Source of the DNA: Promethearchaeota archaeon
GTDB lineage: Archaea > Asgardarchaeota > Lokiarchaeia > Sigyniarchaeales > SOKP01
Assembly (NCBI GenBank): GCA_008080735.1
Contig: SHMW01000006.1
Span: 1-64,000 of the forward strand
Direction of reading: 5' to 3'
Length of the DNA stretch: 64,000 nt
Below the pieces are notes generated by a model. The model saw only the letters and a program-made list of their open reading frames with translations. It was not told the DNA's origin and did no database searches. Below are positions 1 through 10,435 of this stretch, one piece after another. Position 1 is the first letter of the stretch. Every line of letters starts with the position of its first letter. A program made the translations under genes and the position numbers.

Positions 1-99
1 TTTATTCTATTAAACAAATAATTATATATTTATATAAAAATAACTAAATCTAAATAATAGAAAATGAGTAGTTTTATTCGAATTAGAGGGATTTAAGAG

Positions 100-1188
100 A
101 TGACTACTGGAATCGTTTATGACGACATATATCTCCAGCACCGTATTGGGACCCATGTCGAGTCCCATACCAGATTGATCGCGATTATGGATTTCCTCAA
201 AGATCAAGGAATTTTAGAGAATGACGACTTCTTGCAAATGAAGCCTCGAAAAGCGACATTAGATCAGATTAAGTATGTGCATACTGAGAATTTAATAAAT
301 GAAGTCAAGCGAATGAGTGAACGGGCAGAATCTACCGGCAATGTGCAAAGCTTAGATATGGATACATTAGTTTCACCGAAAACATACGAGGCGGCGCTAT
401 ATTCCGTTGGCGGGAATTTAGATGCGGTAGATAAAATACTCTCAGGGGAAATAAGAAATTGTTTTGCTGCCATCAGACCTCCTGGACACCATTCGAACTC
501 CTATAAATGCGCTGGATTCTGTATCTTCAACAATGTTGCCATTGCGACTGAATATCTCTTTAGGGAAAAGGATTTTGAAAGGGTGGCGATAATTGACTGG
601 GATTGTCATCACGGAAATGGTACACAAGACATCTTCTATAATGGATCTGAAAACGGAGATGTGGTCTTTTTCAGTTCACACCAAGATGGAAGGACTCTTT
701 ATCCTGGAAGCGGTTTTTCTGGAGAAATAGGTTCTGATAAGGGTAAAGGGAACATTATAAATTACCCTATGCCCCCTCGAGCTGCTGAGGATGTAATTAT
801 GACATTTTTTGATGAGATCATCGAGCCAATCCTAATTGAATTTAAGCCCGAGTTTATTCTGATCTCCGCAGGGTTTGATACGCATTATACGGATAGACTA
901 ACTAATATGGGCTGGACAATTCAAGGACCGGCTAATTATTTGAAAAAAATAAAGAATTTAGCGGAAAATGTAGCTAATGGACGGATATCAATAACATTAG
1001 AAGGAGGATATGAGGTTAATAAACAAGCTAAAGCTGTCCATAACTGTTTAAGAGTGCTTAATAATGAATATGATAAAATAATAGAGGAAAAACCGAGAAA
1101 ATCGGACAAGGAGCTATTGAATTACATTAACGAGAAACTGATTCCTAACATCAAGGATAATCTATCAACCACATGGCACTGCTTTTAA
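100..1188 (+). CDS. Histone deacetylase (Zn-dependent HDAC/AcuC) family protein
   Basis: Motifs RPPGHH, GFCIFNN, DWDCHHGNGTQ, SAGFD, LEGGY. Confidence 0.95.
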   Translation: MTTGIVYDDIYLQHRIGTHVESHTRLIAIMDFLKDQGILENDDFLQMKPRKATLDQIKYVHTENLINEVKRMSERAESTGNVQSLDMDTLVSPKTYEAALYSVGGNLDAVDKILSGEIRNCFAAIRPPGHHSNSYKCAGFCIFNNVAIATEYLFREKDFERVAIIDWDCHHGNGTQDIFYNGSENGDVVFFSSHQDGRTLYPGSGFSGEIGSDKGKGNIINYPMPPRAAEDVIMTFFDEIIEPILIEFKPEFILISAGFDTHYTDRLTNMGWTIQGPANYLKKIKNLAENVANGRISITLEGGYEVNKQAKAVHNCLRVLNNEYDKIIEEKPRKSDKELLNYINEKLIPNIKDNLSTTWHCF

Positions 1189-1320
1189 TTTCATCCTATT
1201 TTTTTATCTTCCCCATCTTTTTGTCCACTTTTAAATTAATTTTATAAATGTGTTTGAGTATATTAATAATATTATAAATCTAAAAGAGTGATTTTTTAAT
1301 TATCATAAAGAGGATATCTC

Positions 1321-2262
1321 ATGTCATACGAAAATGAAGGAAATAATGAAGAGGAAGAGGAAGAGATACAACGACCTTCTATTCCCCCTCCAAAGATCGA
1401 ACCACCTAAGATAAAGCCTCCTCCAAGTCCGCCACCTCGTAGAGAACCCGAGGCAAGCACACCCCCGACTCAAACACCATCGCCTACACCTCCAAAACCT
1501 CCATCCTCTATGTCGACTCCCTCGGCGCCTAAAGCTGAAGAAATATCGGCCCCGCCACGTATGGAATCACCTCCAAGCCAATCTCAATCCGCACCATCCC
1601 AACCTACTCAAACCTCCCAGCCCTCTCAACCAACGGGCCCTTCTCAATCTGAATTTGACAATCTAAAATCCCAATTAAAACAAAAAGAAACTACCCTACA
1701 AGAATTACAAGAACAAAATAATAATCTAAATAATTTACTTATTGAGAGAGATAGTCAAATAGAACAGCTTAAAAATAAAGTAAATCAACTTCAGTCGCAA
1801 ACGCAAGATTCTGAGAATCGGATAAATCAACTTAAGGAGAAAAATACTTCATTAGAATCCAAAATTCCCCAACTTGAAGGTAGAATCCAACAATTGGAAC
1901 AAGAAAATGCGTCTCTAACGCAACAAATCTCACCTTTACAGTCCAAAATTGAAGAATTAACCCAAGAAATTAACTATAAAAATAAACGGATTGAGGAATT
2001 AAAGGAACCAAAAGCCGTGATGCCATCAAGCTTAGCACAAGGACAAACATCCCAAACTTCCACAAGTTCTGGAACATCTTCCTCGGGTGCTGGTTTATCG
2101 GGAACATCCTTTACGGACACCAAACGAAAAATTTGCCCGAATTGCGGGGCTACTGGTGCCGCAATCAAGGAGGAAGAGGATAAAACCAAGATCATAAGTT
2201 ACATTCCAAAACCCACCTATGCGAAGAAAAATGTATGTACGAAATGCGGTTTTGAATTCTAG
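1321..2262 (+). CDS. Hypothetical protein: acidic/Pro-rich N-terminus, long coiled coil, C-terminal Zn-ribbon
   Basis: PPPKIEPPKIKPPPSPPP; Q/E/L heptads over about aa 110-228; CPNCG...CTKCGFEF. Confidence 0.75.
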   Translation: MSYENEGNNEEEEEEIQRPSIPPPKIEPPKIKPPPSPPPRREPEASTPPTQTPSPTPPKPPSSMSTPSAPKAEEISAPPRMESPPSQSQSAPSQPTQTSQPSQPTGPSQSEFDNLKSQLKQKETTLQELQEQNNNLNNLLIERDSQIEQLKNKVNQLQSQTQDSENRINQLKEKNTSLESKIPQLEGRIQQLEQENASLTQQISPLQSKIEELTQEINYKNKRIEELKEPKAVMPSSLAQGQTSQTSTSSGTSSSGAGLSGTSFTDTKRKICPNCGATGAAIKEEEDKTKIISYIPKPTYAKKNVCTKCGFEF

Positions 2263-2621
2263 CTTTTCCTATTTATTTTAATTTTTTATCTAAGACATTT
2301 AAATGCCCCAATACGCTTTAATTCATTTATATAATAAAAAAACTTTAAGTATTAAGAATTGGCGGAAATCGGATCTCATTTTTCCTCAATACAACCCTAC
2401 GACAAATATCTTTCATAAGAAAGGTAAAAAGGTGGTCTCTCCCTATTATTTCTAACTTTGAATGATATAATATCGATTTCAGAAGGGTTCGAACCTTTTC
2501 TCATCTCTTTTTTAAAAGTTCTAGTGTGGTAGAAATTAACAGAAACACTAATAAGGTAGAAACTTTTTTATAGGTTGATTTTTATTTTAATTCTAAATTA
2601 TTAAGCTTAATATTTTTATTT

Positions 2622-5600
2622 TTGCTCATGTCTGCTATCCAAGAAGACCTCTTAGGCCCAACCATCACAAAAAAGCGAGCAATTGCCGTTATTCTCGTGG
2701 CAGTTTTATTAGTCGCTCTGTTTGCATATTCTGTAATGATTTATGGGTATTTTTTTGGGGCTCCGCGAATACCTCCAAATGAACGATTGGAAGGTGCTCC
2801 AGAAGAAGATGCACTGTTAACCTTGCCTCAATCAGGCTATAATTGGAGTGATCTTGCGGAAGATTTGGACTTAGACGATCCTGATCTTCTCGATCAACTC
2901 AGAGATTTACATGATGGCAATATAGATTCAATGGACTTATTGGAATATGCGGCTTTAGCAGCAGCATTAGCAGGTTCAGATATCGAGGTCTTTAGAGTAT
3001 ATAATATCGAATCCTATGAAAGTGTGAGCGAAAATTTATGGAAATTTGAATGTTTTGATGAGTTTTTGGGTGATACGTGGGAATGTAATGTTCCTTTACA
3101 GAATTATAATTTTTACCCTTATAGTGATTATTATTCATTGTATTCAGGACTGAATTTATATAATATTTCAATGCCCTTAACTCCAGACGTGGGCGTTAAC
3201 TCATTTATGATTCCGAACTTATTTCCAAATCCCTATATAATGGAAAACAGTCTTAATGTTGATAATATAAATCCGGGTTCTGAAGTGTTGAAGAAAAATG
3301 CTTTTAATTCTACAACTTTAGCATTAGACTTTACTTCTGAAGATCCGGTAAATATGACGTATGAATTATTTGGATTAGATTTACCATCAGCCACCGAGAT
3401 AAACAACTCTGCGGTCGACGAGGATTACACTCCAAGCCTCATTAGTAATAGGTATCTTCAATTGCCACCCGACATCCCTACCTATTTGGATGAAAATACT
3501 AACCCTAACGTAAATAGACATTATAATAATCTTAGAGGTATTATTAATGATGAAGATACAGCTTTTGTCGTGGCAAATAAAATTCGAAATTATCTTCAAG
3601 CTAATTTCAGTTTCGGTTATCAAGCAATGCAGAATACTCCTCCCGCCGATGGTGAGGATATTGTAGAGTGGTTCTGCTATCATGAAGAGGGAATCTGGAC
3701 CCATTTTGCCGCTGCGTTTTGCGTGTTTAGTCGGGCTTTTGGGGTCTCTTGTCGGTATGTGAATGGTTATAACTCTCGATTTGCGGATCAAGTCAATGAT
3801 CCTCAATTTGGTGGAGATGGTATTGCGATTAAATATAAGAATATATATAATTGGGCAGAAATCTATGTCCCGACTGATGTGTCGGGAGATGGAAGATGGG
3901 TCCAAATGGATATAATGTACGAGTCGTTTGGAGGCGGCGGTGTTGGTCCCATATTAAGTGATTATAATATATCAGTTTCTTCGAATGCGAATAATTTTAT
4001 CGAGGGAAATACTGCTCAAATAAACGCTACATTGACGACTAATCAAAATATTTCTGTAGCGAATAGGAATGTACAATTCTATGATTACACCATGGACCAA
4101 TCAATTGGAAGTAATTATACCAATGAGAATGGTACCGCCACATATACATTTTCAATAGATGAAAATCAAACGGTAGGACCCCATTTAATATATGCCACTT
4201 ACGCCGGGGCACTCAATTTTACATATTATATCGTTAATGGAGAAATACAAGTTAACATAAACTCTGTAAATCCCCCTCAAGTCAATATAAGTCAAGATCC
4301 GTTTACAACAATTTCGGGTAGTGTCACAGATCCGAAAAATGGAAAACCTGTAAAAAATGCCAATGTGAACTTGTTATTATTTCACAAAGGCACCAGTAAT
4401 GTAGTATTTCCATCGTTCTCTCCTCAAATCATCACTACTAATGATAATGGGGCATTTAGTGAGATAGTTAACCTTGATTCTTCAATTCCTTACGGTGAAT
4501 ATGAAGTAAGAGCAGATTTTAACGGCAGTTGGGAAAACCCAGTATATCCTTCATTTCCTTTTACATATCCTTTTATTAATGATTCAAGTAATAGAGAAGA
4601 CTTAAATATCACCAAAGAGCTTACATATTCATTACATTTCTATATAGATAATGTACCTGCTCAAGATAATTCCAATCCCATAATCTCCCGCTTTTCTACA
4701 ATCGAGTTGAAAGCAATTGTTTATAATGGAACTGGTGGTTTAGCGGAAAATGAAATTGTTGGATTTTATGACGGTTTTGGAACATTGATTGGACAAAATT
4801 CGAGTGATGAAAATGGAGTTGCAATTTATAATTATAATGTAGATGATAATGCTCCAGCGGGTCCAAACCAGATTGAGTCTCGAATTGGAAGCATCTCTAA
4901 TAGTTCATATTATATTCTTAACGATACGATAAATGTGAATCCAGTTAATTGTCCTTTTCCTAAAAGCGTCAGTAGAAGTTCACTAGATAATGAAGATTTT
5001 ATTATTCAAGGTTATTTAATGGATGATTATTCTAACCCCATACGAAACGCGATAATATATGTTAATTTATACGACCAAGGTGGCTATGATGTCACATCCC
5101 AATATCTTGAATATATTAGTGGTTCTTTTTTCACTAATAATAATGGAAACTTTTCTCTGCAGTTTGGAGTTGATAACATCACCCCACTGAATAATTATAC
5201 TCTTAACGTAAGCTTTTATGGTGAATTTAGTAATCCATCTGTCAGTTATAGTTCTTTTCAAACCCAAGAATGTCCTTATGAATTAGAAGTCACTGATCCC
5301 TATCAAATTGAAATCTATTTCGAAATTGACGGTATACCAACACAATCCTTTTATGACGATGAAAATCCCCCTATGAGATATAATCCCGGTGAAAGTATAA
5401 CTTTTGGAGTTGAAATATACCAAAGTGGCAGTTTAGTTGATAATGACACGGTATATTTCTATGATTATGATGAAAACACTTTAAATCCATTCCATACATA
5501 TGAATTTAATGGTTCAGAGACGCCATTGGGGTATTATAATTTTTCGGTAAATACAGGTGACTGGAACGCGGGATTACACGAAATTAGAGTAACCTATGGT

Positions 5601-6383
5601 AATTTCGGTGTATACAATTTCACGTATGTGCTTATTAATAAATCTGTCTCAATTAACGCAAATTTAGACTCTCCGAATGATTACACTATTCAGAGACAAT
5701 CAGAAGGCTTTACCATTTCTGGTTATGTCTCCGATGGAGATTACCTTGATCGTTTGAGAGGCTTACAAGTGGGATTATATCTATTTGATGCAAACAACCA
5801 AGATTATAGTGCTGATATGAATTTTGCGTCTGGATATTCTCAAAATGTGAGTGTAGACCAAAATGGGGTATTTCAATTTATAATTGATACTGTGAATGAA
5901 ATTCCGAACGGCGAGTATTATTTAAGAGTCGATTTCAATGGAACGATAACAGAATCTGCGATCTTTTTATCTGATTATCTTATTCATTCTACGTGTTCTC
6001 CAATAAATATAAATATTACAGCTGGAACGTCTATCATCCAACAAGATTATTATACCCTTACCGAGGATACTTATCCAAACTATTCAAACTATTGGGTCAG
6101 TAAAGATACACTTTTCGTAATTGGGGATTTAACATGGGATAATGGATCTGCTATTTCTGGAATGACTGTGAATGTAACTGTGAAATTAATCGATGGAACG
6201 GTTATAGATTTCAATGATACAGTTACAACGAATGAATTTGGAGCGTTTAATGCTTCTATTTACATAGATCCTAATAATGATAAATGGCCTTTATTGAGAA
6301 GTGATTCGGAAATATGGGTTTATTTTAATCCCGTTCAAAATGGATTAAATTATGCAGAATCAAGTACTAAATTATTTATATAA
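2622..6383 (+). CDS. Membrane-anchored transglutaminase-like (probably inactive) surface protein with multiple Ig-like domains; ATG at 2628 is an alternative start
   Basis: N-terminal TM helix; TGase-core pattern EGIWTHFAAAF..SRAFGVSCRYVNGY..YNWAEIY..GRWVQMD; repeated T(N/D)xNGxF/A beta-rich units; many N-x-S/T sequons. Confidence 0.8.
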   Translation: MLMSAIQEDLLGPTITKKRAIAVILVAVLLVALFAYSVMIYGYFFGAPRIPPNERLEGAPEEDALLTLPQSGYNWSDLAEDLDLDDPDLLDQLRDLHDGNIDSMDLLEYAALAAALAGSDIEVFRVYNIESYESVSENLWKFECFDEFLGDTWECNVPLQNYNFYPYSDYYSLYSGLNLYNISMPLTPDVGVNSFMIPNLFPNPYIMENSLNVDNINPGSEVLKKNAFNSTTLALDFTSEDPVNMTYELFGLDLPSATEINNSAVDEDYTPSLISNRYLQLPPDIPTYLDENTNPNVNRHYNNLRGIINDEDTAFVVANKIRNYLQANFSFGYQAMQNTPPADGEDIVEWFCYHEEGIWTHFAAAFCVFSRAFGVSCRYVNGYNSRFADQVNDPQFGGDGIAIKYKNIYNWAEIYVPTDVSGDGRWVQMDIMYESFGGGGVGPILSDYNISVSSNANNFIEGNTAQINATLTTNQNISVANRNVQFYDYTMDQSIGSNYTNENGTATYTFSIDENQTVGPHLIYATYAGALNFTYYIVNGEIQVNINSVNPPQVNISQDPFTTISGSVTDPKNGKPVKNANVNLLLFHKGTSNVVFPSFSPQIITTNDNGAFSEIVNLDSSIPYGEYEVRADFNGSWENPVYPSFPFTYPFINDSSNREDLNITKELTYSLHFYIDNVPAQDNSNPIISRFSTIELKAIVYNGTGGLAENEIVGFYDGFGTLIGQNSSDENGVAIYNYNVDDNAPAGPNQIESRIGSISNSSYYILNDTINVNPVNCPFPKSVSRSSLDNEDFIIQGYLMDDYSNPIRNAIIYVNLYDQGGYDVTSQYLEYISGSFFTNNNGNFSLQFGVDNITPLNNYTLNVSFYGEFSNPSVSYSSFQTQECPYELEVTDPYQIEIYFEIDGIPTQSFYDDENPPMRYNPGESITFGVEIYQSGSLVDNDTVYFYDYDENTLNPFHTYEFNGSETPLGYYNFSVNTGDWNAGLHEIRVTYGNFGVYNFTYVLINKSVSINANLDSPNDYTIQRQSEGFTISGYVSDGDYLDRLRGLQVGLYLFDANNQDYSADMNFASGYSQNVSVDQNGVFQFIIDTVNEIPNGEYYLRVDFNGTITESAIFLSDYLIHSTCSPININITAGTSIIQQDYYTLTEDTYPNYSNYWVSKDTLFVIGDLTWDNGSAISGMTVNVTVKLIDGTVIDFNDTVTTNEFGAFNASIYIDPNNDKWPLLRSDSEIWVYFNPVQNGLNYAESSTKLFI

Positions 6384-6438
6384 GGAACAAAATATAGCAA
6401 ACATAGCTATAATCGAACTAAAATATATTCAACTATAA

Positions 6439-8031
6439 ATGATGTCTGAACGAGAAAATGTGGAAAAAAATGATTGGGGAATAATATTAATCATATTTCT
6501 TTTAGTTCTTTCTAGCTTCTTTTTATTTTTTGGAAATGTGATTTCTACTTATAAAATAAATAAAAATAATCCTTCATATGAAGATAATGTTAATTTATCT
6601 GGATCATTGGATTTTGTTGTTAATTTAACTAATTTTCAATTAAATAATACTAGACATTATCATAATTCAATACTAAAAATAGAAGGAAGAGTATATGAGC
6701 CCACCTCACCCAATAACCCTGGATCTGGTGTAAATATAGCTATAGTTATCAATAGCATTATGGATGAGACCTATAGTAATATAACAGATACTAATGGAGA
6801 ATTTGAGATATATTATCAAATTCCAGAATTATTGAATGTTTATAGCGAACATAAAATTGAAGCCGATAGCATTGACAATCCAGATATTGAACCAAATAAT
6901 TATTTTATGATAAATGTTAGTGCAAATTCACATATTGATGTTTCATATATAGATTCTCCATACTTACCTGGAGAAGAATTTGATTTAACGGGATATTTAA
7001 AATATAATGATCAAAATGGAAATGGAATCTCAAATGCACCAATTACTTATTACTGGACTAATGGAACTTTTGATTGGTCATCTGATAGTTTTTCAACTGC
7101 TTCGACTGATGGTTCAATTTCGGAAAGTTTATTTTTACCTAGTAATCCACATTCAGCACAACTATTTTTAAATCTTAGCTATATGGGTGATTTCCCGAAT
7201 ATAAATTCCACAAATATACTTATTGGTCCGTTTGATATATTTCATAATATATCTTGTACATGGAATATTATTAACGAAACTTCTGAAGGCCAAGATTATA
7301 CTATACGAGGGCAAATTTGGGCTAAGAATAATCCGAGTTTGAAAATCTATAATCGTCGTGCGAATTTCTATTATGAAGGGGAGGGATTAATTGGCGGAAC
7401 AACCACAGATTCAAATGGTAATTTTACCTTTTCCTATTCCATTCCTTCTGGCACGGGAAATAGAACCATATCAGTCCAATTAGTAAATACCGCAGGAGTT
7501 TTTTTATCCAATCAGACCCTCATATTCATTACTGTTAGCAACCCCGTGCTACCCAATCCTTTAATCATAACCCCTTTTCAATGGTTTTTCATTATTGGTA
7601 TACCTATCATAATTGGGGTTATCGCCGCGTTGGGTATCTATGGATATTTATATTATAAAAAAGAAATTTCTGCATCCCGATTAGTGAACATCCCCCTCGA
7701 AGGGAAAATAAGGAATCTTAAAATTCTGAAAGATTCTGGAAGAATTGAGGAGGCCCTATCGTATTTATTCAATGCGATTTATGTGGAGCTGGTGGCTGCG
7801 AAATTCGGGCGGAAAAGAAACGCAAATGAAACCATCCGGGATTTTGCCATTATTTCGGTTCAGGATTTTCGATTAGATCCAGCAAAAATTTATCCATTTA
7901 TTCAAAAAATTGAACAGATCATATATGCCCAACCATTTAAGATAACAGAAGAGGAATTTTATAAAACTATTGAATTGTTTTCTCCCGTATATTATCAATT
8001 GACGGGATATAATTTTGTATTAAATTTTTAA
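6439..8031 (+). CDS. Ig-like ectodomain protein with C-terminal TM helix and cytoplasmic DUF4129-like domain
   Basis: N-terminal hydrophobic segment; TDTNGEF and TTDSNGNF units; TM WFFIIGIPIIIGVIAALGIYGYLYY; tail GRIEEALSYLF..ETIRDFA..IYPFIQKIEQIIYA. Confidence 0.7.
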   Translation: MMSERENVEKNDWGIILIIFLLVLSSFFLFFGNVISTYKINKNNPSYEDNVNLSGSLDFVVNLTNFQLNNTRHYHNSILKIEGRVYEPTSPNNPGSGVNIAIVINSIMDETYSNITDTNGEFEIYYQIPELLNVYSEHKIEADSIDNPDIEPNNYFMINVSANSHIDVSYIDSPYLPGEEFDLTGYLKYNDQNGNGISNAPITYYWTNGTFDWSSDSFSTASTDGSISESLFLPSNPHSAQLFLNLSYMGDFPNINSTNILIGPFDIFHNISCTWNIINETSEGQDYTIRGQIWAKNNPSLKIYNRRANFYYEGEGLIGGTTTDSNGNFTFSYSIPSGTGNRTISVQLVNTAGVFLSNQTLIFITVSNPVLPNPLIITPFQWFFIIGIPIIIGVIAALGIYGYLYYKKEISASRLVNIPLEGKIRNLKILKDSGRIEEALSYLFNAIYVELVAAKFGRKRNANETIRDFAIISVQDFRLDPAKIYPFIQKIEQIIYAQPFKITEEEFYKTIELFSPVYYQLTGYNFVLNF

Positions 8032-8077
8032 AATAACATTATTATTATCATCAAAGAAATAAATCAAATATACTAAG

Positions 8078-8105
8078 CAAGAAAGAATATATCAAGAAAG
8101 AATAT
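8078..8105 (+). repeat. Short intergenic direct repeat CAAGAAAGAATAT x2 with a 2-nt spacer
   Basis: Copies at 8078-8090 and 8093-8105. Confidence 0.6.
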
Positions 8106-8174
8106 CATACAAAGAAATTTAAATCTAAAACAAATTATTAAATAAAAAAATTAAAAAAACTGTGAGATATAAAA

Positions 8175-8546
8175 ATGGGTCTTTTCAGTAAAGATAAGAA
8201 ACCGCAATTTATTGATGTCGAGCGTAAGAAAGAAAATCTCAAAATTTTGATGAAAACAGGTAGATCCAAGGAAGCAATTGCCTATATATATCTAATTTAT
8301 AACGATCTTATCAAAAATAAATACGATAAACCCCGATTAGCCTATCAAACCATTCGGGAATATGCGATTACTTGTGTCAATGAGTTAGACCAGAAACCAG
8401 AAACTATTTATCCTTTCATTAAGAAGATCGAGGATATTATCTACGGAGGACTGGAGCCAACTAAGAAAGAATTTGAATTTACTATGAATATGTTTTCAAA
8501 TCTATATAATGAAATTACGGGAAAGAACTTCAATTTTTCGACATAA
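8175..8546 (+). CDS. Stand-alone DUF4129-like protein, paralog of the preceding gene's cytoplasmic tail
   Basis: NLKILMKTGRSKEAIAYIY..QTIREYAI..IYPFIKKIEDIIYG aligns with NLKILKDSGRIEEALSYLF..ETIRDFAI..IYPFIQKIEQIIYA. Confidence 0.75.
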   Translation: MGLFSKDKKPQFIDVERKKENLKILMKTGRSKEAIAYIYLIYNDLIKNKYDKPRLAYQTIREYAITCVNELDQKPETIYPFIKKIEDIIYGGLEPTKKEFEFTMNMFSNLYNEITGKNFNFST

Positions 8547-8591
8547 ATACACTTTAAAAGATTAACCAACTAATTAGAAATTATAAATATA

Positions 8592-10337
8592 ATGGCAGGT
8601 ATCGAGAGTTCTCAAAAAAAGAGCGTTAAGATTTCCAAAGGAATCTTATATGTATTCTTTACAGTGTATCTAATTATTATTGGAGTCTATTTATCTGGAT
8701 TTATTGAGAATTATCAAAACGAATATCCAGGAAATCTGCCAGTTTTTGCTAATTATATCCCTTTAGCTTGTTATTTGGGCTCGATAGTAATTGGAATAAG
8801 TTTTATTGTCTTTCTTCGAAATACTACGGCTCAAAAAACTCGTGAATTAAAATCAAAGGGCAAGTCTAAAGTATCTATTTATAAACAAGCTCTATTTGCC
8901 ATAATCTTTATCTTCGCATTTATTCCTTTATTCTCCCCAATAATTGATCAAGGGGTAAATAATCATAATTTTTCGGTATATAATTCTGATTGGAACGGAT
9001 GTTCTGATTTTAGACAAACGATGATTGATGAAGGGTATGATGTGATGTCTATTCAATCCAGTCTAAGTGCCACGGATCGACTTGATAAGTCAATATGCCT
9101 TGTATTATTAGGACCAAATCAATTCTACAATCCTATGTTTGAAATTCCCTTCTTTGTTGATTTTTTTAATGGTGAAAATGCACTTCTAATTTGCCACGAT
9201 CACGGATCTACTAAGGAGTTATTATGGGAGATATTGATATCCAGTCTCTTTAGTCAAAATGCTACTGAAATGGTGCCCGTTACATTATTTGCTAATGGGA
9301 TTTTAAGAGATAATGCGTCTTATGTAACGAATCCCACCTTTCCAGTTATTACTCAATTTGAACCTCATCCAACTACTAATGGAATAAATGATGTTATTTT
9401 ATCTAGCGCGACGAGTGCCGCGGGCGGTCCTCTTGTCGATTTATTTGGATGGAATGTGCTAGCTCGCGGATCTCCGTACAGTTTTGTAGACAAAGATGGG
9501 AGTGGAGACTTTAATGCTACATTTGATTATTTAGATCTCTCCTTTATGGCAGGAGTGTTGCCTATATCCGAAGATAATTTAAAATTGCCTCTTGGAGGAG
9601 ACGAATTTACCCCCATTACTTTTATGACTAAGGATACGGGAAACGTCCGTGTGTTTGTATCATCCGATGCGAGTATGTGGAATAATGAATTAATCGATCT
9701 TCCCGGATATGATAATGAGCAATTTGCGAAAAACGTAATAAGTTGGTTGACTCACCAAGATGAGGGAGACCCCAAAGAAGATTGGGTAATCGCCTTTGAT
9801 GAAGCTCATATCCGTCCTGAATATTCAAGAGACTTGAGCTCGGCAGGGATTTATGGATTTATTATGCAATATATAATCCATCTAAGTACTAATCCCATCA
9901 CTGCTTGGATATATCCTTTATTAGCCATTTATACTCTCAGTAGATATTTACCCGGTCGAAGTGAGAAAAAACAAAAGAAAAAAATTGAAGAACAAGAAAA
10001 AAAGGAAGAAAAAATACGTTTTAGAACATCATCATTTTTCGCAAAAAAAATCGATTGGTATCACCAAAAAAATCAATATAGGAAAGCATTGTTATTATTG
10101 AATCGGCGTTTAGAACGTAAGTTACATGCTCAATTGGGAGACCAAAATATCACCACCAGAAATGTAGTGGATCTCGTACAGTCTAAAGATCCGAATATAA
10201 ACAAAAGCAAATTAAAAAGAATTGCCCGATTCATCGATATAATTACAGATTTGAAAGCGGGCAAAGAAAAAATCAAAGAGGAATCTGAATTTGAACGATT
10301 ATTCTTTGAAATGGAGTGGGTGGTCTCTAACCTGTAA
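8592..10337 (+). CDS. DUF4350/GldG-like membrane protein
   Basis: 3 N-terminal TM helices; FSVYNSDWNGCSDF; VFVSSDASMWNNELI; FDEAH; TM helix then a helical cytoplasmic tail; directly upstream of MoxR. Confidence 0.7.
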   Translation: MAGIESSQKKSVKISKGILYVFFTVYLIIIGVYLSGFIENYQNEYPGNLPVFANYIPLACYLGSIVIGISFIVFLRNTTAQKTRELKSKGKSKVSIYKQALFAIIFIFAFIPLFSPIIDQGVNNHNFSVYNSDWNGCSDFRQTMIDEGYDVMSIQSSLSATDRLDKSICLVLLGPNQFYNPMFEIPFFVDFFNGENALLICHDHGSTKELLWEILISSLFSQNATEMVPVTLFANGILRDNASYVTNPTFPVITQFEPHPTTNGINDVILSSATSAAGGPLVDLFGWNVLARGSPYSFVDKDGSGDFNATFDYLDLSFMAGVLPISEDNLKLPLGGDEFTPITFMTKDTGNVRVFVSSDASMWNNELIDLPGYDNEQFAKNVISWLTHQDEGDPKEDWVIAFDEAHIRPEYSRDLSSAGIYGFIMQYIIHLSTNPITAWIYPLLAIYTLSRYLPGRSEKKQKKKIEEQEKKEEKIRFRTSSFFAKKIDWYHQKNQYRKALLLLNRRLERKLHAQLGDQNITTRNVVDLVQSKDPNINKSKLKRIARFIDIITDLKAGKEKIKEESEFERLFFEMEWVVSNL

Positions 10338-10435
10338 TTTTTTATATTTACAATTAATTTTTTAGAAAAATTTATAACAATAAACTATTATAATAAAAAA
10401 GAAAAAACAAAATATTAGAAAATGGGTAGAAAATT

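Noticed and set aside
2481-2501. AGAAGGGTTCGAACCTTTTCT hairpin resembling a tRNA T-arm
   Set aside because: No acceptor, D or anticodon arms could be built around it; at most a small palindrome or regulatory hairpin
3387-3905. 172-aa antisense ORF inside the TGase-like gene, and the many similar short antisense or overlapping ORFs in the track
   Set aside because: Shadow ORFs of well-supported genes with no recognisable motifs
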